This document shows positions 20,849 to 31,600 of a DNA stretch of 64,000 bases, piece after piece; positions within the stretch are counted from its first letter, which is position 1, and the number at the start of each line of letters is the position of its first letter. Source of the stretch: Naegleria gruberi (taxonomy: Eukaryota). A program made the position numbers and the translations under genes. The stretch lies in NCBI GenBank assembly GCA_000004985.1, contig GG738872.1; one strand, 5' to 3'. Under the pieces are notes generated by a model. That model worked only from the letters and a program-made list of their open reading frames with translations. It made no database searches and was not told the origin of the DNA.

Positions 20849-21817
20849 TCAATTTTGTTTCATTTTTAGAACCATGCCAGACAATCGAACAATCAGTTCC
20901 AATGTTGAGGAATTGGACTCTAATGTTGAGAAATAACTCACTTCTCCCATAACCTTATCCAACCCCTCTTGTAATTGATATCTATGCAATAATGAATTTG
21001 TACTTTTGAAGAATTTTTGAGAAGTACATTTAAGCTTATCCCAATTTACCTTGTCATCCAACTTTTTCAAGATTGAAAGCCATTCACCTTCATCTTCTTT
21101 CTCCAACAGTGAAAATAAACAAAACCAAGGATCTTTGATTAAGGAAGTCAACTTTTCATCCTTTGTTAAATGGTTATAATCTATTTTAGATAGCCCCAAT
21201 GTTCTTGTAGCACATAACGAATCCCAATATTGAACAAAATCCTCACAATCTTCCTTTTTTTTCAGTGCCTCATAGAAAGAGTGTTGAGTTTTCAATTCGA
21301 AAGAACCTGGAAAGTCTTCTTGAAAGATAACCATGTTAAATAAATGATGATCCACCTCAGCACTATTTTTAAATCCAACTCGAACACTAAATGTCTTGAA
21401 CGTGTATTGGGTCATACCACTCTTGACAGGGTGATTGTAAATGAATTCATAGTTCATAAAATCACTATCTGAGATAGGTGTGGCTTTGCCAAATCTTGTA
21501 ACGAGCGAGTCATAGGTTGAATCAGCAAAAACGAATTTAATTTCAAACCTTTCCATTTCATTCCTATCCAAATATTCTTTTATACAGCGATGAAAGACCA
21601 TCTGGCATTTCCAATTTTCTTTCTCTTTCTTTTTGTTGTTTTTCGAAACAATGACATGAGCTATAGCATGGGGTGTTTCTGTGTGTGTGATTTTAAGAGC
21701 CACAAGAGAAAGGAGCTGATTGGGAGCTGCCTCGGATTTAAAAGAAGAGGACTCTTGTTCAAGTGGTAACTTCGAGTAAGTGTGTTCAGTCTGGTTGATG
21801 GCACTCTTTTTTCGCAT
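20849..21817 (-). CDS. Hypothetical protein, 322 aa
   Basis: Uninterrupted ORF with an ATG start in an AT-rich, stop-dense background. No motif I can place. Confidence 0.4.
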   Translation of the reverse strand: MRKKSAINQTEHTYSKLPLEQESSSFKSEAAPNQLLSLVALKITHTETPHAIAHVIVSKNNKKKEKENWKCQMVFHRCIKEYLDRNEMERFEIKFVFADSTYDSLVTRFGKATPISDSDFMNYEFIYNHPVKSGMTQYTFKTFSVRVGFKNSAEVDHHLFNMVIFQEDFPGSFELKTQHSFYEALKKKEDCEDFVQYWDSLCATRTLGLSKIDYNHLTKDEKLTSLIKDPWFCLFSLLEKEDEGEWLSILKKLDDKVNWDKLKCTSQKFFKSTNSLLHRYQLQEGLDKVMGEVSYFSTLESNSSTLELIVRLSGMVLKMKQN

Positions 21818-22030
21818 TTTTTTAACTTAATAATTGTGGACTCGTCTCTAATGAATCTTGATTTAAGGTCCATAAATTCTGTAACATTTCCGAAACTTTT
21901 GTTGAGAATGAACCAATTTCTACAAGCAAACTAAATCAAGCTTGAATTAGAGTATCACTCAATTCTCAACAATCAGACTTTTAGGTTAGAAACATACACA
22001 TGATGATCGTTTACACTTTCCATCACATAA

Positions 22031-23662
22031 ATGTTATTAATAAAATTTTTTAATCAAAAAAAAATGTCTTTCAACGCTTCTTCATCATCACAACCTACAA
22101 AAAGTGTTAATGAAGGGTTGGATTCATCGGACAATATATTTTCCTATTTATTGACTTTAACACCAGATGAGTTGAATTTATTGTATGGTCACACTTGGAC
22201 ATGTAAAGCTGTGTTTAGATTCTTGCCGGATATTGCTAAACAATATGTGATGAGAATGTTGTTGTGTGGTAGTATTAATAGTCAACAAATTGCTATGGAT
22301 ATTCCTAAAAAACTTACTAACTTGTCTGGATATCTCGATTCCAATGGAGCAAAGAAAGGAAGAGAACAAGATCAAGAAGCAATTTTACAAGAAGTAAGAG
22401 ATGCTCACGAAAATGCCTTTTCACAACTTTTAAAATATAGAATCATTTCAAAAACATCAAATTCCGATTTTACACTCAATAGATATTTCCAAGATACATT
22501 TAGGAATTTAGTCACCAGTGTACCATCAGCACAAGCTCCAACAACAAGTCACTCCTCTAGTCACAAGAGGAAGGAACAAGAACCAGAAACAAGTATATCA
22601 GAAGAAAATATGGATGAATTGGAACCAAAAAAGAAAAAGAGAAAAAAGCACAAGACTAAGGAAATTGGAGCTGAATTCTTACAAGAATATTCTAAAAGAA
22701 AATGGGAAAATGTACTGTTATATCTAGTAGGAACAGCAGCTGAATCAGAGCAAACATTCTCAGGAAATGTTAATGAACTGCTCAAGTATTCACAATTAAT
22801 CAAAAAATCTGATACTGTAAGAATTACCAATGAAGGTTTCCAATTTTTACTTCAAGAAACCAAAGTTCAAGTTTGGAAACTTCTTAAACATTATCTTGAA
22901 ACATCTGGACAAAGAAATCAAGTCAAGAATGAAATTCTTAATTTTATTTTCGAATTGGGATTTTTGGATGTTGGAAAAGAGTATAGTAGTAAGGATCTGA
23001 CAAGTACTCAAAAGAGTTTACTCGTCGATTTTAATGATCTTGGTATAATTTATCTTCACAGAGATAAAAAGAAGAAGATTAAAGACAAGTACTTCTTCCC
23101 AACACCTCTCGCCAAAAGTTTGACCGTCTCAATGAGTACAAGTTATGATTTGATTTCATCATTTGGATCTCACAATAGTATCAATAATGGATATATTATT
23201 GTAGAGACCAACTATAGAGTTTATGCCTATACTAATTCTCCACTCCAAATTGCTCTCCTTTCCCTATTTATTTTCCCTGAATATCGTTTACCAAACATGG
23301 TTGTTGGATTAATTACAAGAAGTACAATCAGAGAAGCTTTGAAAAATGGTATCAGTGCGCACCAAATTCTTCAATTCTTAAGATTGAATGCTCACCCTCA
23401 AATGAGACTAAAGAAGCCTGTCATTCCTGATACTGTCTCTGATCAAATTCTCCTCTGGGAAAAGGAAAGAAACAGAGTTATCAAGACTACCAGTGTTGTA
23501 TACGATAAATTTACCAATGTAAGCGAATTGAATGCCACCGTTGACTATGCAAGAAGACAAGGAGCTCTTTTGTGGCACAGTGAAGAAAAGATGATGATGG
23601 TTTGCAAGAGAGAATTCCACGGACTGATGAAGGAATTTATTTCAAGTCAATATTCTAGATAA
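22031..23662 (+). CDS. GTF2H4: General transcription factor IIH subunit p52 (Tfb2/GTF2H4), 543 aa
   Basis: The C-terminal region (PVIPDTVSDQILLWEKERNRV...VYDKF) matches the conserved Tfb2 C-terminal domain (TV.DQI.LWE.ER.R). The overall length and the internal K-rich acidic insert are compatible. An alternative ATG lies at about 22064 (MSFNASSS). Confidence 0.8.
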   Translation: MLLIKFFNQKKMSFNASSSSQPTKSVNEGLDSSDNIFSYLLTLTPDELNLLYGHTWTCKAVFRFLPDIAKQYVMRMLLCGSINSQQIAMDIPKKLTNLSGYLDSNGAKKGREQDQEAILQEVRDAHENAFSQLLKYRIISKTSNSDFTLNRYFQDTFRNLVTSVPSAQAPTTSHSSSHKRKEQEPETSISEENMDELEPKKKKRKKHKTKEIGAEFLQEYSKRKWENVLLYLVGTAAESEQTFSGNVNELLKYSQLIKKSDTVRITNEGFQFLLQETKVQVWKLLKHYLETSGQRNQVKNEILNFIFELGFLDVGKEYSSKDLTSTQKSLLVDFNDLGIIYLHRDKKKKIKDKYFFPTPLAKSLTVSMSTSYDLISSFGSHNSINNGYIIVETNYRVYAYTNSPLQIALLSLFIFPEYRLPNMVVGLITRSTIREALKNGISAHQILQFLRLNAHPQMRLKKPVIPDTVSDQILLWEKERNRVIKTTSVVYDKFTNVSELNATVDYARRQGALLWHSEEKMMMVCKREFHGLMKEFISSQYSR

Positions 23663-23838
23663 TATACACATCTAAATAAAATAAATTAATTCAAATATCC
23701 TGGTACATGCTATCTTCTTCCTTCTGATATTAATTTAAATATTAATTTAAATAATTTAAATAATAAGATGTGATGAAAGTAGTTAGTTGAAAAAATTCAA
23801 ATATTCAAAATTGCAAAAGAATTGACTTCAAAAAAAAA

Positions 23839-24675
23839 ATGCAAACTGAACAAACAAACGTATGGGCTCAAGAAGATGCTCAAATGGAAACAACAACTGC
23901 TGAACCAGAATTTCAAGCAGCCAAGACTGGTAAATCACGACGAAAGCAATATCACCTCAAAAAGTCAATTTCTAAACCATATAATGATACCAAGATGAAT
24001 GAATCATCATCCGAACAACAAGACAATACCGAAGAACCATCAACATCAACAACAATTAAATCCATAAAACGTAACAAGACAATCCCACAAAATAGCAATT
24101 ACGTGAGTGTTCGTATTGCAGCTAATCGTTTCACAGCCCTCAAAACTGAATGGGAATCCATATATACTCCTATTGTTGAAAAACTTCATCTCCAAGTAAG
24201 AGTAAATACCAAACAACAAAAAGTAGAAATTAGAATACCAAACAATACTAAAAAGCAAGAAGATGAAGAAGAAAGTGAAGATAACGAAATGTTAAAGAAT
24301 TTAACCAAAGCTAGAGATTTTGTTCAAGCCTTTATGCTTGGTTTTTCAGTTGAAGATTCTCTTGCTTTGTTGCGATTGGATGATATCTATATTGAATCCT
24401 TTGATGTTAAAGATGTTAAACGTTCTTTACAAGGTGATCACTTGAGCAGAGCTATTGCTCGTATTGCTGGTAAAGGAGGTGCAGTCAAATTTACAATTGA
24501 GAATGCAACCAAGACTCGTATTGTTGTTGCCGATGCTCGTATTCATGTGATGGGTTCCTTTGCAAATATTCAATTGGCTAGAAGTGCAATTGTTGATCTT
24601 ATTCTTGGTAGTCCACCTGGTGTCGTGTACAATAAATTGAGAACTGTCAGTCAGAGACTGAAAGAACAATTTTAA
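23839..24675 (+). CDS. PNO1: RNA-binding protein PNO1 (partner of NOB1, Dim2; KH domain), 278 aa
   Basis: The C-terminal 170 aa align almost residue for residue with PNO1. Examples: WESIYTPIVEKLHLQVRVN, DFVQAFMLGFSVEDSLALLRLDDIYIESFDVKDVK...GDHLSRAIARIAGKGG...IENATKTRIVVADARIHVMGSFANIQLARSAIVDLILGSPPGVVYNKLRTVSQRLKE. Confidence 0.9.
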   Translation: MQTEQTNVWAQEDAQMETTTAEPEFQAAKTGKSRRKQYHLKKSISKPYNDTKMNESSSEQQDNTEEPSTSTTIKSIKRNKTIPQNSNYVSVRIAANRFTALKTEWESIYTPIVEKLHLQVRVNTKQQKVEIRIPNNTKKQEDEEESEDNEMLKNLTKARDFVQAFMLGFSVEDSLALLRLDDIYIESFDVKDVKRSLQGDHLSRAIARIAGKGGAVKFTIENATKTRIVVADARIHVMGSFANIQLARSAIVDLILGSPPGVVYNKLRTVSQRLKEQF

Positions 24676-24882
24676 ATTGGATAATTAATAATAATATAAT
24701 AATTTTTGAAATTTTTGTTAATTTTAGATTTTATTGGAAATTGTAATTTTTCATTGCAATAATTTCAGTGATAACTTGCACATTTAACTGACTATGACCA
24801 TAACCATTCCTTCTTGTTCATGTTTGAGAGTATGAGTTTCAGAATTGAATTAGAAATTGGTACAAGTTGTTATTTACATTAA

Positions 24883-26903
24883 TTAAACTTTGCAATCATG
24901 ATAAGCAAATTCCATACGTAAATCAAATAATTCTTGTGAAAATTCTGTTTGAATTCCTGAATGTTTGGCTACTAAACGCCTTAATCCCTTATCGTTATAA
25001 ATTTTATCATCAAAATTAGCTAAATCACATCCTAATGTTGCAGCTTCTCTGGCAATCTCCTTACTACCACTAAAATTCATAAACAAATCCTCATCTCTAC
25101 TACGTTTCATTGCCTTAAGAACAAACTCTTTGTTTTTTAATACTCCTTCTGAACAGAAAAAAACCATTTGTTCGGTAATATGAATTTCGAGTAGATCTAA
25201 AAGAAAGTTCTCATCATTTTGTAAACGATGTGAAATGGCATTTCTTGTTAACTCAAATTCTATACGTTCTTTGTGTAATCTAAGAAGGAAAACACTGTCA
25301 TCCTTCAATCTATCTGATGCAAAACGCATATTACTAAAGTGTTGCTTTACTGCTAAGCAGACAAAACATTCTTCATCTATGAAAAATTAATAAATACAAA
25401 GATATTTGAAAACTAACCTTTGAATCTATCAGGAAAGTGCTTGAAAACTCTACCAGTTATGTTCAAACAATTCAAAGCAAATTCTCTGTCTTCGAATAAT
25501 TCTTTTGGAATGAATTTAGAGGTTTTCTTCTTTGCTTGGAGGGATTTAAGCACAAATGATTTGTCACAGCGAAGATTATCAGCAGCAAAATGAAATGCGT
25601 GATGGTTAATTGTAATTAGTGAGATCATGTATTCTTCGTCCTTTTTCCTTTGGTTCATAAAGTTGAAATCTTGAAGCCAAGACAAATCTATCAGTGGAAG
25701 TGATTTGTAAAAACGTGCGTGAAGGTTACAGAAATCTTCCCAATATTTTGTCATGAAACTACTGTCTTGCAATAATTCTTCAGATGCATGTTTTAAGAAA
25801 GTCGGATTAAATATGAAGAGGTCTATAATTCTTTTCTTGTCCGATCTTTCTTTTTTAACATTTCTTAGTACTTCTTTTTGAAGTGATGTCAATACAGCAA
25901 TATCTATTTCAATAAGCAGTAGAGATTTAGCACATTGTCCAGCCACTTGTTTAAGGAATGCGAGGTCATTTTTCATATCTTCTGGTACATGGTAAATTGC
26001 TGCAAAATTCTCCATGATAGCTCTCAACATAAATGCAGAATCATCTATCAATGGACAATCTCTCAAGTGATCTCCCTTTAGTTTCACCAATTTCAACATG
26101 AATGACTCATCTTCTAAGAGTCTGGAAGATAGATATTTAGACTCAAAATAACCATTTTTTTGATTCATTTTCAGAGCCAGCTCATACAAAAAGTCTTCAT
26201 CATCCAACAAGTCTGTTGATAGTATATTAATTGTGAGATTATGATCACATATGGATTTTAACATTATCTCCTTATCATCAGTGAAAAAACCTAAGTAAAA
26301 TAAGGATGGAATGTGCAGTTCTCCAATTATTCTTAATATTGTTTCAGTATCCTGCAATTCTCTAATACATTTCACCAGCAAATAGGGATAAATATTGATT
26401 AATATTGGATGTCTCAACAATGCAGAAACACCAAATTTACCAACTAATGCTCTCGCCTTCTGTTCATCGATATAATCTATCAAACAGTTTATAGTTGAGT
26501 TATCCTGATATTTCATAATAGAATACAGAACATCCAAATCTTGAAATAAATCCTCATGAATAGATTTCAATTCAGTTTCTAATAATCTGTGGCGGTTTTT
26601 GCGTTTGGCCAGATAATTACAAATGTATTCCTTATCCTTTGAAAACTCAATTGGAATGTGGGGATTGATCACATTCCTATTCTCTAGCCATTTAACTTTT
26701 CCCTTCGATTGTAGTACAAACTTATCCCGAAGCCTTTGCTGATTTTCATTAGTTGATTCGAATAAATCGGAGAGAATTAGTTTCACCCTATCGTGTTGAT
26801 TGGATTGTTGTTGGTTGTATGATTTAAGGCTTGTTGTCTCTTTGCTCTTTTTACTGGGAGGAGCCTTCTTCAGTGATGAATCTGTTAAATTCTTTCGTTT
26901 CAT
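24883..26903 (-). CDS. Repeat protein with DUF4116-like repeats, two exons (26903-25418, 25376-24883)
   Basis: ORFs 25413-26903 and 24883-25329 join through a 41-nt intron (GTTAGT...CATAG, 25377-25417; phase 1, codon GAT). Repeated units of about 30 aa (FVLKSLQAKKK..., LAVKQHFSNMRFASDRLKDDSVFLLRL, FVLKAMKRSRDEDLF) resemble the DUF4116 consensus AVkq.g.aLqyAs..Lk.D...vl.A. Confidence 0.45.
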
Positions 26904-27015
26904 TTTGTGGCTTTTTTTTCTTGTATTTTAAAGAACGAAGGCTTCATGCTAAGTTATTTCACTCTTATGCTTAAAATTAATATTCTTAATCGATGAATTT
27001 TCATCGTGAATAAGA

Positions 27016-27087
27016 TTCCCGTGTAGTCCAATGGCTAGGATACCTGGCTTTCACCCAGGAGGTCCGGGTTCAATTCCCGGCATGGGA
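27016..27087 (+). tRNA. tRNA-Glu (anticodon TTC)
   Basis: 72-nt cloverleaf. Acceptor TCCCGTG pairs with CATGGGA (one G-U). D-arm TAGTCCAATGGCTAGGATA. Anticodon loop CTTTCAC (TTC). T-arm GGGTTCAATTCCC. Discriminator G. A T4 run lies 5 nt downstream. Confidence 0.9.
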
Positions 27088-27092
27088 GAATC

Positions 27093-27096
27093 ATTT
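27093..27096 (+). terminator. Short oligo-T (TTTT) after tRNA-Glu; candidate Pol III terminator
   Basis: TTTT lies 6 nt past the tRNA 3' end. Weaker than the T5 after tRNA-Gly. Confidence 0.3.
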
Positions 27097-27287
27097 TGCT
27101 AATAGAAATTTCAAGGGATACTTTTTTGTCGTTCAAAACTGTCATTTGTTCATCAATTTTAAACAAGCACACAAGTACTCGGTAAGCTACCATCAAAAAA
27201 CGTGTTTTATTCCAAAGTGCAATTTCAGACTTTCACAAGTTCCAATCCCTGCTCCATCAAACACTTTACAATTAAAGTCTGAAAAAA

Positions 27288-28541
27288 ATGTCTCAATCAT
27301 TAGAATCATTGTCGCCGTCTTGTTTATCGGAGCATCAAAATACAACACCTATTGTTGGTGATAAAAATAGTAGTAGTAGAAAATTAACTCTGGAGGAAAT
27401 GATTGCTCAACAAGATTTTGAAATTGATAATAATATAAAGAATAATTCGGTTGATTACAAATTCTTCTTTGAAGAGGATGAAAAGGATAAGGTTGTAGGA
27501 AAGAATGAAGAGAAGGAGCAAGGACTCTTTGAAAATATGGAGTCTGATGATGAGGATGATGAAGATTATTTTGAATCTGAAGAGGAGAGAAAGTACTGGG
27601 AAAAACAAGCTAAAAAGATGAATCCTAATGGTGAATCATCTTCTAATAAGAGAGCACACGGTCATGCTACACTCTCTCGTAATAATTATGATGATTTGAA
27701 TTTGTATTCGGATGATATGGTCTTGTTAGCAAAGATTGAACAACGCAAATTCAATTGGTATTTAAAGAAAGGATTGGCTGAACAAATTAATGAGAATAGT
27801 ATTAAATTAATGTTCAGACCAAAAGGATACGGACATAAGGATGATGATTTTTATCTTTCCAAGATGGAAAATATTTGTGTTGCTTGTGGAGTTGATAAGG
27901 AGTTGACAAGACATCATATTATCTCATTTGAATATAGAAAACACATGCCAGAGTTTGTGAGATCTCACTCGTCACACGATGTTTGTCTTTTGTGTGCTCA
28001 TTGCCATGAGAAATATGAAACTGAAGCTTTTAAATTGAGAAAACAAATATCGGAAAAGTATGGATCGCCTCTTGGAGGAGTTGGAATGGTAAAGAATGTA
28101 GATTTTGCAAGTGCTAAGAAGGCAGCAAATGCTATTTTGAAATCCAAGGACAAAATGCCAGCCAATCGAGTGGAAGAGTTGGAATATGAACTCAGAATTT
28201 TCATCAAATCATGTGGAAAGTACTCTGATCCAACAGATGATGAGGATGATGATGAAAATGATCCAATACCTCAGGAAATTCTTGAAGATATTGCTTCACT
28301 TCAAGTTACTGACACTACATTATTCCAATCACACGGAGAAGGAGTTATCAAGGCAATGAAGGAGTCGTGTAAAAACGACGATGAATATCTGGACAAATTG
28401 GATGAATTCTGTATCATGTGGAGACAAAACTTTATTGATGTTTTGGCACCAACTCATATGAGTCCTCACTGGAAGGTAGATAAAAAGATTAGACGCTCAA
28501 TCAATGATGACCCAAACAGAATTCAACTAATTACTGAATAG
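27288..28541 (+). CDS. Acidic protein with an HNH-type (beta-beta-alpha-metal) nuclease-like zinc motif, 417 aa
   Basis: The central motif CVACGVDKELTRHHIISFEYRKHMPEFVRSHSSHDVCLLCAHCHEKYE has the pattern CxxC...HH...HD...CxxCH of HNH endonuclease cores. It is flanked by D/E-rich low-complexity segments. No confident orthology assignment. Confidence 0.55.
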   Translation: MSQSLESLSPSCLSEHQNTTPIVGDKNSSSRKLTLEEMIAQQDFEIDNNIKNNSVDYKFFFEEDEKDKVVGKNEEKEQGLFENMESDDEDDEDYFESEEERKYWEKQAKKMNPNGESSSNKRAHGHATLSRNNYDDLNLYSDDMVLLAKIEQRKFNWYLKKGLAEQINENSIKLMFRPKGYGHKDDDFYLSKMENICVACGVDKELTRHHIISFEYRKHMPEFVRSHSSHDVCLLCAHCHEKYETEAFKLRKQISEKYGSPLGGVGMVKNVDFASAKKAANAILKSKDKMPANRVEELEYELRIFIKSCGKYSDPTDDEDDDENDPIPQEILEDIASLQVTDTTLFQSHGEGVIKAMKESCKNDDEYLDKLDEFCIMWRQNFIDVLAPTHMSPHWKVDKKIRRSINDDPNRIQLITE

Positions 28542-28615
28542 AGTAATCAAAATTAAATTCTTATTTCGAACAAATTACTTGCATTTTTGATTTAATTCTG
28601 AAAAAGGTTAATTAT

Positions 28616-31600
28616 TTACTTGCTATCTTCCATCATTGCTCTTGCAGCTTCACTTGACAATGTTGTGGAAGAAGAAGGGGCATCATACTTTACAAGGAAA
28701 TCATCGAGTGGAATGGAGCGTTGTCTAAGACTTTCAAATAATTCCTTATTTTGTTTAACGTTACTCTCACCACTATCGATGGCATTCATGTAGAAAGCAT
28801 GAGTTCCTGAGCATTTGGATGGTTCAATTGAGAGAATGGTTGAACCACATACTTTTCCATCAATGATAGAATAACTTCCAGGAACTGTTTGTTTAACTTC
28901 CTCAATACTATCCAAGAATGTTACCATAACTCTAATTCCACTATCTCTGTAATATTTCAATCCATAGATAATATCATTCTTTGATAGATTATTTTCCTCA
29001 ATCCATGCTCCAGAAATAATTTGTTGTGAAGTTACATTATCTTGGCTTTGATCGAATATTTCCTTGTGGAATACGAAAATACATTCCAGTGTAATATTTG
29101 GATTTCTCTTATTGACTCTCTTATTCATGTCTGCAACTTCAAGAACACTTTCTTGTGTAAAATATGGTGATTGAACACTATTGGCAACAGTCCATGAGTG
29201 AATTGGAATAATCATGTGATGACTCTTTTCAACATATTCTTGAATATCGTGTAATCTTAATCTCATACTATCATAAAAGTTGGCATGGACAACAATTTCA
29301 CCTTTAGAAAAGAAGGTTGTAATTTGGTTTTCATAGTGCATACTGATAGAGTGGAACTTTTGTAAAAGAAGACATTTACCACAATGACGAGCATGCTTGT
29401 CTTTTGGAGTGTTGATCATTTCGAGGAACTTTTTCTTGAATCCTTGTAAGAGTGGATCCAAACAAATTTGCAAAGTTTCAATATTTTCATGAATATCAAA
29501 TGAAAGGAGAGGATCAGTGAGACTCATATTCTTATCCTGATACAAGGTATTAGAAGGAGGAATGGTTTCACTCACAGTGTGATCAGTATTACAAAGAGGA
29601 TGACATTGTTTGGCTTCTGTACAGGTTGCAGCAGGAAGAGTTGATGGAGTCACATTGCCAAAATCGACACCTTCTGGGAATTTCTCTTTAATGTAGTCTT
29701 CAAATGGTGTAGAATGATTATAAACATAGACCCATTTGGAGTAGTACAAGTCAGCAACACTCTTTCTATTGAAAATAATGACAGATTTTGGATAATCATC
29801 TTCAAAGGAAAGGTAATGGCCAAGTCTAGAGTCTAGAATGGAAAAGTTGTGTGGAATTTCTTTTCTATCATCCAGATCCTTGTGATGAACAACTCTTACC
29901 TCAATTCCACATGAATGATGGTAATGCATAAGCTTGTAATATTCCTTTTCTTCAGATTCAGTCATATTTGGAATTCCAACAACGAAAATTCTTTTCACGA
30001 CAGCTCCTGGATTAATGTCCAATAGTTTTTTGTTTGCATCGGCAAGATGATATGGATTATGTAAAATCCATTCACCAGTCCATCTGTAGAGAGCAAGATA
30101 ACTATGACGAACAGTCTTGATAATTTCAGTCAAGTTCAATTTGTGATTGGTGTAAACATCTGAACGAAGTTCTATCTTTTCTTCATTAATCAATTTTTCA
30201 AATGTCTGCAGGTAGTAATTGGAAATTTGGAAGAATTTAACTTTCAATAGAGCCATCAACTATATTAGGGTTAATTGGACAAATTGTTACTAAACAAAAA
30301 CTTACAGATTCATGTTTGTGCATATCACCTAAATTCATGTTTTGGATATAATCCTCATAGAGTGAGAGGAGTGATACAATTCTTTCCAATTCAGAATTGT
30401 AACTGTGCTTTTCGTAGGACTTTGGAATAAATAAAAAGTTTCCTCCTCCAAGCTCAACTTCTCCAAATCTTGGAACTTGGACGCCACCTGTTTCCTTGTG
30501 AACTCTTGTTTGAAGTTGTTTTCCTAAATCACTAGCAGTGTAGAATGGAGTGAGAGTTAAATGACCTTTCACACTGGATCCCCATTTGAGAGTTGTTAAA
30601 AGATTTACCAACTCCTTACTAAAGACACCTGGTTTCATTCCATTACTCTTTTGAGAGGAGCAAATAATTTGGACGGCCTTGTTGGAGGAATAGTACTTCA
30701 TATCCTTGGATGGATGGCTATCATTGACTACTTTCATGAGTATACCATTATAGAAAGTGTCAAAAATAAAGAGGGTATGTTTGGCAGCCAATCTATGATG
30801 GAAATTGACAAAGGATTGGTGGGAAATGGCTGTATTAACAAGGTTATCTGGATCAGTATCATATAAGGCCAAATAATTTTCAGTGTAGCCGTTATTGTAT
30901 TGCTTGGAAAGAGAAACACCAGTAAAGAAAATGAGTATGGCATCATCGTTTTGCAAACTATCACTCTCTGCAAGGGAAACAAACAGCTGGTTGACTTTGC
31001 TCCATGTAGCTTCCTCATTTAACAATAATCTAACTTCAAAACCATAAATCTTTGAAAGAATGTTGGAAATATTCATGGCATCGTGAACAGATGAGGCTGA
31101 AGATTGATGCAAAAGTCCATTATGGTGATACTTATCGATGGCAATAACAATGGCCCATTCTCTTCTGTAAGGTGTTGATGATTCCTTTCTCTTCTTCTTC
31201 TTGTCCTTGGAAAGGGAGATGGCTGTTGGATTGAAAGTACTGCTAATACCGTTTGAGGAATTAGAAGAAGTGAGAGAGACAGGTCCACACTCACCATCAC
31301 AACAATCAACAAACTTTCTCTTCTTGGTAGATTCTCCAACCATAATATTTGAACTGCTATCATCCAAAAACTCAAACTTCAAGTCTTGTGGATTAGATAC
31401 TGAAAAGTTACTTGTTCTAATTTCAATTGGCACTTCTCCTTTGAAGTCAATTTGTGGAGCCATTACAAAAATGGCATTTTGGTTAATTTGTTTAATTTCC
31501 ACTTCCTTCTCGCCAAGGAAAACCTTAACTTCCTGTAGGTCGGTAATCAATCTACTATCAAAATTGCATTGAATAAATATGAGATATCCACCAGCATTAG

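Noticed and set aside
24100-24118. GTGAGT...TTGCAG within PNO1 as a possible 19-nt intron
   Set aside because: Too short for a spliceosomal intron. Reading through preserves the alignment with PNO1.
24046-24669. Minus-strand ORFs inside PNO1
   Set aside because: Antisense to a gene with near-identity to a conserved protein.
30301-30306. In-frame GTAAGT inside the upstream ORF of the 28616-33428 gene, read simply as Val-Ser
   Set aside because: Reading through gives a stop 23 codons later and leaves a 547-codon ORF without an ATG-initiated frame on the same strand. The splice model is more parsimonious, though intron retention remains possible (see findings).
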